Shown here: one piece after another, positions 55,401-64,000 of the stretch | Numbering within the stretch: position 1 is the stretch's first letter | Layout of the letters: each line of letters starts with the position of its first letter | Assembly: GCA_020137815.1 (NCBI GenBank) | Contig: CM035350.1 | Span: forward strand, 8,556,001 to 8,620,000 | Source of the DNA: Hormiphora californensis | Lineage: Eukaryota > Animalia > Ctenophora | Reading direction: 5' to 3' | DNA length: 64,000 nucleotides | Notes under the pieces: generated by a model | What the model was told of the DNA's origin: nothing | What the model saw: only the letters and a program-made list of their open reading frames with translations | The model's database searches: none | Translations under genes and position numbers: made by a program

Positions 55401-57495
55401 CTCCCTTCCACTCCTTTCTGCCACCAGGTATCAGGATACATAGCTAGTGAGGTGTCCCCCTCCCCTCCCACCCTCTAGTTACACTTCACTCTTTCCTGTC
55501 CAGGTATCAGGCTACATAGCTAGTGAGGTGTCCCCCTCCCCTCCCACCCTCTAGTTACACTTCACTCTTTTCTGCCACCAGGTATCAGGATACATAGCTA
55601 GTGAGGTTGATATGGATGCTATCAGGGTGGTGACAGTACAACATAACGAGGTCATCCAAGTTGGGGATATCCAAAAACTCTCCTTTGAAAAGGTACAAGG
55701 GTGGAGTCGGGGATGGGGGGAGGGTGGAGTCGATATAGAGGGTGGTGGGACAGAGGGTGGTACGGGACGTGGATGGGATCAGCAGTTAGCTTGGAGTCGA
55801 TAAAAAGATCATGGTTGGGTGGGTGCCGGGTGGTATCAGTTTGGAGTCGAGGGTGGGGTTAGGATAACAGGATATTGCATATCATGAAAGTTAGTGGATG
55901 TTGCCTACCTATATCACACGTGTCACTAGGGGTGTAACATATATATGGGTTGACATTCACACACGCCACAATTCTGACTTATTGACAGTAGTACCTGCCT
56001 GACAAATTGGTAGACAGATAAACACTACACAGATATTACTGATCGGGGGGGGGGGGGATCTAACTGTCACAGCTATTGTATAGTTCTCAAATCCCAATCC
56101 GCTGTGTACAACATGAGGGTGACGCTTCTCTGTACATGTGTCCGTGTGTGTGTAACATTCACAGTCACTTAGTAGTTGGTACAACTAGCAGTATAATATA
56201 AGACAACAGGTGCTGCTGCGGACAATATATGCAGGATTATACAAACACACCGACAGACAAACTTCAAATATGGGGGAACGAATTTCTCAGAGTTGGATCT
56301 TTTCACCGGGTTTCAAGGATAATCCCTGATACATTTTAGGTTCGTGCCCTGGGTCCGTTTGATCTGGTAATCGGTGGAAGTCCCTGTAACGACCTAGCCA
56401 GTGTCAACCCACTAAAGAAGGGGATCTATGGAGGAAGTGGTCTCCTGTTCTTCGAGTTCTTCCGAATCCTCAGGTACAACCAGTCACCACTTGCAAAATG
56501 GGGGATATATCACCCATCTGTCTCGCGTTACCAAGAGAGAGAGAGAAACACTATAGAGACATGTTTGTCATTTGCTAGATCTTCTCTCTACCACCAGCAT
56601 TTAGTTACAGCTATCAAGATGGCCCTCTACCATGGCCCTCTTCTAATTCCTCTTATATCGTATGTCATGGATGTTACACATCTCCCCTGCCCTTCTCTCA
56701 TTTCTACTGCACAGTGTGCACACTGCACAATTCAACTTGCACTTCCCTCTCATTTCACTGAATGTTCCCCATGTGGCTATATACAATGAGCCCGTCTAGA
56801 CGCGTCTACTCAACCACAACTATTTGTCTCCAATATGGCTCATTCAGCTGTTGCCTGTGACCACGTATTATATAAAGATGTCCCCCCCCCCCCTCAGACT
56901 ACACTTACCAGTCACCAGACACCAGTTCCAACACCCCATCCCCTAATCCCACCCGGACTACACTTCTTACACCCCGTCCCCCAATCTCACCTACCCCGTG
57001 ATTTCAACCTCAAATCTACCTTCACTCCCTCTCTCTGAACTCCTGAATGGGATCTAAACATTTCAGCTACGTTCAGCGACAGGAGGGCCACGTGTTTTGG
57101 TTGTTTGAAAATGTCGTCTCAATGAGTGGGGATGATCGAACTACAATCAGCCGCTTCCTACAGTGTTCACCACTCAAAATCGATGCCAAACATTTCACGT
57201 GTATGAACAGGTAATTACCACACACACACAATATGGTTTGTTGGTGAGAGGATGCTTGGTGTTTTGTCATGTTATTCCCAGAGAGATTAATTTCCTATTT
57301 TCCAATGTGTGTGTGTATTGACTACTAGATCATAGCCCTGAGGGGTCTAACTATAATATTCCCCCTTTATCAGATGTAGATTGTTCTGGGGTAACATCCC
57401 CGAGCTGAAGAGACCGATCGTGCCAGTAGATAATCCTGTAACGCTCCAGGAGTGCCTGGAAACTCGGTGTGGCCGATCCGCCAGGTAGAGAAAGG

Positions 57496-57531
<36 letters not shown>

Positions 57532-58344
57532 AGGAATGGAGAGAGAGATTCAGTTAGTCTTACAACTCACTCGCTGCTCCTTTGTCTTTCGTTTTGGGAA
57601 CTTTATCTCTCTATGTCGGTAGCTCCATCTTTTCTTCTCCTAGCATCCCTCCCCTCTATCCCTTCACTCTATCCCCTCTCTCTCTCTTCATCTATATATC
57701 TTCACTCTATTTTCTCGGTGAGGCCACAGTGTGATTAACTCACCACACACAGGGTTGAGAAGATCAATTGTGTTACGAGTAGGAAGAGAACAGAGACCGC
57801 CCCTGCACCAGTCCTCATGGAGGGCCAAATGGATGGCCTCTGGACAACAGAGGTAAGAGAGAGAAGGGATCAGGGAGAGAGGGGAGAGGGGAGAGGGGAG
57901 GGCGGGAGAGAGAGAAGGAGAAAGCGCTATTGTTATAATCATAATTATGAAAGTTTGACACTATAGAGCCTAGCTGGCTTTATAGGTATCTGTGTGCTAA
58001 AATTACACTTGTGACTCCAGTCCCGAAACTAAATTGATCCCCTACTACATAATTATATTTTGCCATGATCCCCGTCATATTCTCTCAAGTGTCCCCCTCC
58101 TGATACCTCCATTTAGCTCCCCTGATTATTGATTACCATGATATTACTATGAACCGTGTTATCAACCTAACCCCTACCCCATTTGCAGTTGGAGAGAGTG
58201 TTTGGGCTGGGAACGCATTATACGGACGTAGGAAACATGTCCAACACAAGCCGATTGAAGCTCCTGGGAAAGAGTTGGAGTGTCCATGTTATGAAACATA
58301 TACTGGCACCACTGGAACGGTATTTCCTGACCGAGAAGAACTAA
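52418..58344 (+). CDS. DNMT3: De novo DNA (cytosine-5) methyltransferase 3, multi-exon
   Basis: PWWP ([13 protein letters not shown]...WFGD...WAQGGF), ADD Cys cluster, [56 protein letters not shown]...YTD...[11 protein letters not shown]. Confidence 0.95.
55110..55605 (+). repeat. Tandem duplications of a DNMT3 splice acceptor plus the first 24 nt of its exon
   Basis: AG-GTATCAGG(A/C)TACATAGCTAGTGAG near 55116, 55185, 55310, 55426, 55502 and at the real exon (55582). Confidence 0.85.
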
Positions 58345-58720
58345 ATGATGTATACTGATGAAGGGAGACACTAGAGATAGAGGTTTTGAAGCCCCGAGGG
58401 TTGTTGTTTTCATATGTTGTGAGTGTGGTTTGGAATGAATTTGGGATGTGGAGAAAGAGTGAGATGGAATGGATTTATGAGGAGAACTGTTTTAGCGCTC
58501 TTTTATTAATTACAGTACACTTATTTTACTCTTTTACTTTTTTTAGAATTTATGGAATGCTTTATAATATTTATCTCTGCGCAGAAAAACTTTCAAAAAA
58601 CTCTCACAATATCAGTCCAATTATCAAAGTCCTCAATCAACCGATCCTTATTCTCAGTCCATTTCCTGTTACCATGGTTACCATCACCATACCATACCAT
58701 GTGTGCCTGTGTTCACGTGG

Positions 58721-60172
58721 TTAATGTATGTGGCAGGTGTCCGGATGGTCATGGTTCTCCTCCTTGCTACCATCGTCACTACCTTTATCTGATGTCAGCA
58801 ACACGTCATCCACTTTCCGAATTTGTCCTCGTCCCCGTATCCCCGATCCCCCTGAGATCTTCCCACCTGGACTGTCGCCTGAGGGAGGAGCTTTTCCACC
58901 TCCCTTGCCGCCTTCTCCTGCGGGTGGGGCCTTTCCATCACCTCCCTTGCCGCCTTCTCCTGTAGATTGGGCCTTTCCATCACCTCCCTTGCCGCCTTCC
59001 CCTGTGGATTGGGCCTTTCCACCACCCCTTCCTCCTATACCGCCACCCGCTGGGTCACTTTCTCCGGTGCACTGAAAGTGGCAGTCGCTCCGGCACTGCA
59101 TATGTGATCCGCTACATCCACTCATACACGGGTCCATACATGCCTTATGGGATCCATCTCCGCCCCCAAATCCACCTCCTGGCATTCCAAAATCACCACC
59201 CATTCCACCACCCATTCCACCGCCCATACCGCCTGGGGGTGGAGGCATTTCACCACTACCGCCGCCCATTCCTCCACCAAATCCGCCGCCCATTCCACCG
59301 CCCATTCCGCCGCCCATTCCACCACCCATTCCGCCTGGGGGTGGAGGCATTTCACCACTACCGCCGCCCATTCCTCCGCCAAATCCGCCACCCATTCCAC
59401 CGCCCATTCCACCTGGGGGTGGAGGCATTTCACCACTACCGCCGCCCATTCCTCCTCCAAATCCTCCGCCGCCCATTCCACCGCCCATTCCGCCACCTCC
59501 TGGGTCACTTTCTCCGGTGCACTGAAAGTGGCAGTCGCCCCGGCACTGCATATGTGATCCGCTACATCCACTCATACACGGGTCCATACATGCCTTATGG
59601 GATCCATCTCCGCCTCCAAATCCACCTCCTGGCATTCCAAATCCACCACCCATTCCACCGCCCATTCCACCGCCCATTCCACCGCCCATTCCACCGCCCA
59701 TTCCACCACCCATTCCACCACCCATTCCTCCGCCCATTCCTCCACTCATTCCACCTGGGGGTGGGGGCCTTCCACCGCCTCCGTCGTCTGCAAAGAGACC
59801 AGGTCCACCACCAGTCCCGAAGATATTCTCAACAATTCCTTTCAGCCCACTCGAAATCGCCTCCTCCTTATCCCCTGTACATTTAAAGTGGCAGTCACCG
59901 TGACACGCTGAGCCGCTACATCTGTTCATACACGGCTCCATACAGGCCTGATGGTTTCTTTCATCGTCGGCTGCCGGTGGGGGAGGATGTTGGGGGTGGC
60001 CCTCCCTCTCAAAATCAGCCGAACAGGACGTATGACAGCTGGGAAAGCATGTCTCTCGATCTCCGCAACTACCGACACACCGATCCATACAGCTCTTCAT
60101 CTCGGAAGGGGGCCTCGCCCCTTGGCAGGTCCCCAAAACTACTAAAACGTACAGCAATCGCTTGAGTTTCAT
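58721..60172 (-). CDS. Secreted Gly/Met-rich protein with four 6-Cys repeats and polyproline; single exon
   Basis: Signal peptide MKLKRLLYVLVVLGTCQG; CxxxCxxxCx(4-6)CxxxCxxxC x4; (GGGM)n; PPPP; TATA near 60205. Confidence 0.88.
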   Translation of the reverse strand: MKLKRLLYVLVVLGTCQGARPPSEMKSCMDRCVGSCGDRETCFPSCHTSCSADFEREGHPQHPPPPAADDERNHQACMEPCMNRCSGSACHGDCHFKCTGDKEEAISSGLKGIVENIFGTGGGPGLFADDGGGGRPPPPGGMSGGMGGGMGGGMGGGMGGGMGGGMGGGMGGGMGGGFGMPGGGFGGGDGSHKACMDPCMSGCSGSHMQCRGDCHFQCTGESDPGGGGMGGGMGGGGFGGGMGGGSGEMPPPPGGMGGGMGGGFGGGMGGGSGEMPPPPGGMGGGMGGGMGGGMGGGFGGGMGGGSGEMPPPPGGMGGGMGGGMGGDFGMPGGGFGGGDGSHKACMDPCMSGCSGSHMQCRSDCHFQCTGESDPAGGGIGGRGGGKAQSTGEGGKGGDGKAQSTGEGGKGGDGKAPPAGEGGKGGGKAPPSGDSPGGKISGGSGIRGRGQIRKVDDVLLTSDKGSDDGSKEENHDHPDTCHIH

Positions 60173-60591
60173 AGTGTAGGGGACAGAAGGGAGATATTGG
60201 ACCTTTATAGCCGATCCGGGCCACTTTCAGTATGTTTACTTTGGCTGCTTGTCGATTAGTTCTCTGCTACGCCCTACATGATCAATCACCAGGTTTTAAT
60301 GGAAAGTTAGATGATTCTTAGGGCGTTACTTGTTCGATTAACCGGTCGGAGCTTTAGATGGCGACATCCTGTCACCTCAGATACTGCAGATACAATGATC
60401 CCCTCTTCTATTTTCAATGGGTGGGTGTTGTAAGTGTGGAATGTCTCCCTCTGCGTGCAGTTGTCACTTGTTTTGCAGCGCGCACACTAATGAAAGTACA
60501 GCGTCTTCATCAAGAGTTCATAACATGCCGCCAAGGACGCGCTAAAACAACGCCGCGCACATAATAAATTGTAGATCGAGAAGACAAAATA

Positions 60592-60735
60592 TAGTGGAAG
60601 CTCTTACGGTATTCCCACGACCGTGGGAAAAGAGAGATAGATAGAAATACTAAGAGAGAGAAAAAGCTCTTTCTTAGTATTTCTATCTATCTCTCTTTTC
60701 CCACGGTCGTGGGAATACCGTAAGAGCTTCCACTA
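60592..60735. mobile_element. Near-perfect palindrome / MITE between divergent genes
   Basis: ~63-bp perfect arms TAGTGGAAGCTCTTACGG...CCGTAAGAGCTTCCACTA. Confidence 0.85.
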
Positions 60736-60893
60736 ATATCAAAACGAAAAAAGTGAACACAAACGAAAAGAAATTTCAAAAAAACTGAACAGAGACGAAT
60801 TTAAAATTCGGAATTTTGCGACTTGGGACGACATTTTTGAAGTTTGAGCGTATTCAAAACACTCTCTATCCATTCCCCTACCAGATATGTATT

Positions 60894-63800
60894 ATGGATA
60901 ACGTTCCAGGAACATCACAGGATCGAAAACACTTTCTCAGCTCGTTTGATGACATTGACCACTTCCTGGAGGCGAGTGTTTCTGTTGCAGATGGCGAAAA
61001 CAAGACCGCCGACATAACTACCGATCTTGGTAGTAGTACCAGCATGCTAAGTCCGGTTTCCCCTATGCCAAATCTCAACAGATCCCACGGGCACGGTTCT
61101 CGGACGCTCTCAGGAGATCCGATAGCCGAGGTTGCTGTTGAGAATGAGCCCAGTACAGAGGAGAGTAGTAGCGATGGAAGGGCACCTAACGCAGACACTC
61201 CCATGCCCGGTATAGAGGATAAGGTAGAGGAGTCGGAGGAATCACCCCCGGCGGAGCAAACCTCATCAGATGAGATAACAGTTCATCAAGATAGCGATTC
61301 TCTAAACACGGAGGCGCTAAAACTGATGGCAGGCGTTCAGTCAACAGAGCGACAGAGTATTGACACCTCCACCAGCCCTCAGAAACCTGCAGTTGTGGAT
61401 CCTCAAGTTTCTGAACCACAGGTCTCATCGGTTGAACAGCCAGTTGTCGGTTATCTTGATCCAGCCGCAGCTCTGGGAGGAACAGCGGGGACACTACCTG
61501 GCGGGAATCTGATGGACAAAGGTAATGTAAACTGCTTGTCTCTTTGTAATTTTTACCTTTATGCTGAATATAGAATTCTGTACTTACCTCCCTCAGTGTC
61601 ATTTATGGAGAGCACGGCACAAAACAACTCTGCTATGATGGCAACTGGTGCCTCCCTCGCCGATCTGCCCCTGGAGGAAGAGGATGGTAGTAAGGGTGGT
61701 AGTAAGGGTGATGAGAGTGGAAGTAAGGGTGGAAGTAAGGAGGATGAGAGTGGAAGTAAGGGGGATGAGAGTGGGGAAGTGAGTGAAGTTGTGGATAAAA
61801 TATTAGAGGACATCAAATCATCAGGTATAGATTAGCAATGGTGTTATTCCTCTTTCAAGACCCCGAATATGACAGTACATGTATTTTGCAGTCGATTACA
61901 CACAACTTTACACATGTTTCTTCTCCTCAGAGAGGAGTTACTCGAGTGATCAGTTTGCCAGTGAGAGTGATAGTACTCCGACGGGAGAGGGGGAGGAGAA
62001 AACTCCAGAGAAGCCACCAGATAGCCTGGCTATTCCTGACCAGTCTCTCAACCCCTTTGAGTCCACTCCTATAAATGAGGTACGTATAGTTAATATAGTT
62101 TAATTCCCCATTTTTTAACCCTGCCCTGCTCTCCCCCTACTCTGATCTTTCCATCTACCCTTTCTTCCTCTCTTGTAGAAGGAATTCCACAAATCAGCCG
62201 GGTTCGACCTCAGTCCAGTGAGAGCTGAGCGAGACATGGCATTCTACCTGGCGAAGATCAAAGCTAAAGCAGCCCAGAAGAGCCAGGAGCTCAGGGCCAG
62301 TATAGAGAGCAGTCGGGCTACATCTGCTGACTCTAAATCTGAGTCAAGGACAGAATCTAAATCGGATATTATCAACACTACTTCGGAGAAAAAGGGTGTT
62401 TTTGTAAAGCCAAAAACTCCAGCAGCTAAGAAAAGTGCTATACCAAGTAATAAGAATGTTCGTCCAGTTACATCTGCAAAGAGGGCAACAACAACAAGCA
62501 CTGCCGTACCAACCAATAAAGGTAAACAAGTGGATTAGTCATGGTGGAAACTTAGTGACTGTCTGACACGGTCTGGTACTGTTTGTTAAATGTTGCCTTG
62601 CTTTACCAAATGTTGTCAAACTCAAGGGTTAGAAAACGACAATTAAAATGGTGTCCCTTCTCTAGGTCCCAAGGCTCGTGTAGCGAAGGGAGGGGTAGTG
62701 GCCCAGTCCCCCGTAGCAGCCTATATCAGGGGAGGAGCCAGTACTACAGCAGCGGCCAAGAAGAAGGCGTCCAGGGACACATCAAAACTGCAGAATCTGG
62801 GGAACACTTGGACCTCTGGGTTAGGGGACCAGAGCCTCATTGAGGTTATACAGTCTGATGGGTAAGAAAGTTAGTTGAGTTCAGTCACTGATCAGCACAA
62901 TTTCCCTTCGTTTTCAATTTCCATTTCCCCTTTTTTAACCCGGAACTGACACTTTGTTTTCAATTCCCCCTTTCTGACACAGTGTTTTTCAGTGACGTGG
63001 AGGCCTGGAAGGAGTTGTATAAGAGAACACAAGCTGAGCTGAGGTTGGTTCAGGGCCAGCTAGAGACCAAGCAACACGACCAGGTATGGTATCAGGGATC
63101 AATTTTAATATAGATCATTAATTTATTTATTTACTAGGGTCATGGGATGATTCTCTGTCACTATTAGTTTTCTGCTGCATGTAGTCATAGTATTATGGTC
63201 AAGGAAGAGAGACCAATAGGAAAACCACATATATTGCATATTTGAAGGTCGCACGTGCATATATCTCGATCACATCGCATGTTTTATTAACTCGGTGTTC
63301 AACCACATGATAAACATGTCACGTTTGTCACTAAAGGATTGTACACAATAACCACACTCTCTATCTCCAGGTCCAAGAGCTAGAGGTGCTAGTCCGGGGT
63401 TACCAGTCTGAGAATGAGAAGTTGTGCCATCAACTGAAGCTGCTTCGCCTGGACCAGGGGGTTGAGCAGAACAAGGGACTGGCAGAGAGACAGGAGTTAG
63501 CTAATAGTAACATTGCTCTGAAACAAATGCTGGAACAACAGGAGGTAATGATGGTCTCGACAAAATTTGTTGCCTAGATAGTGTATTGTGTATCCCCCTC
63601 GCTCTTTGTTCCCCAGACATTACTATCCCCCTCCTATTCCCCAGGCGACTATTAGGAAGTTGCAGCAGGCCCCCCTTATCATTCCCCCCGAGGGGGCTGC
63701 CCCTGCTGACGATGATGATAGTCAAGTGGCAACACTAGTGAGACAGCACAAAGAGGAGAGGGACCGGCTCTATACCCGACTAGAACTCCTCCTCAGAGAA

Positions 63801-64000
63801 AACAACGAACTCCGATCAGAGCGACAAGTTGCCGATCTGAGGGATGAGCGGATGACACAGATGCAGGATAAGATACGGGCTTTGAGCAGTGTTGAACATG
63901 AACAGCAGGTCGTCTCAGCTCACACCGCCTCTCACCTATCTACAATATCCGACTTGAGACGACAGGTTGGGGAGTTGGAGGCAACGATCAGGAAACGAGG
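60894..64000 (+). CDS. CEP162-like centrosomal coiled-coil protein, 5' part, multi-exon (continues past the window)
   Basis: Acidic disordered N-terminus, then VQELEVLVRGYQSENEKLCHQLK, recalling CEP162 QETLLQGYQQENERLYNQVK (from memory). Confidence 0.6.

Noticed and set aside
52418-58344. DNMT3 as Polinton cargo
   Set aside because: It lies 3.6 kb outside the right TIR/TSD and outside the outer transposon, and is an intron-rich host-type gene; proximity alone is not evidence of a link.
58728-60165. His/Pro/Arg-rich + strand ORFs
   Set aside because: Antisense shadows of the Gly/Met-rich gene, which has the signal peptide and TATA box.

Overview
Animal (invertebrate-like) nuclear DNA with short GT-AG introns; the species cannot be determined from the sequence. 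Host genes, left to right: 3' half of an ADAM metalloprotease, RUFY (RUN+FYVE), a RHNO1-like gene, a tetraspanin, a BTB protein, a DNMT3 with two PWWP-like domains, a secreted Gly/Met-rich Cys-repeat protein, and the 5' part of a CEP162-like gene. Mobile DNA includes a full-length L2/CR1-group LINE, a Penelope-like remnant with a minimal hammerhead ribozyme, a CRE-like fragment and many MITEs. The main feature is a complete 21.2-kb Polinton/Maverick (adintovirus-like) at 27641-48806 with 157-bp TIRs and a 6-bp TSD (TACGTC), nested inside a non-autonomous DNA transposon with an 8-bp TSD. Its left 12 kb holds the intronless core (penton, PM, major capsid, adenain, ATPase, chromo-integrase, pPolB). 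Its right 9 kb looks empty in the ORF track but holds five genes reconstructable only by splicing (7 phase-consistent introns) and two unspliced ORFs. These include two Maelstrom-like (ECHC) paralogues flanking an 18-bp repeat array with triplicated TATA, a possible OB-Zn-OB protein, a membrane protein ending in YEEIDV, and a GADD34/ICP34.5-like RVxF protein, plus a 42-bp hairpin. I read this as a candidate spliced host-interaction / anti-silencing arm. All family assignments are by-eye motif recognition, not database searches. Scattered 1-nt indels suggest consensus errors.
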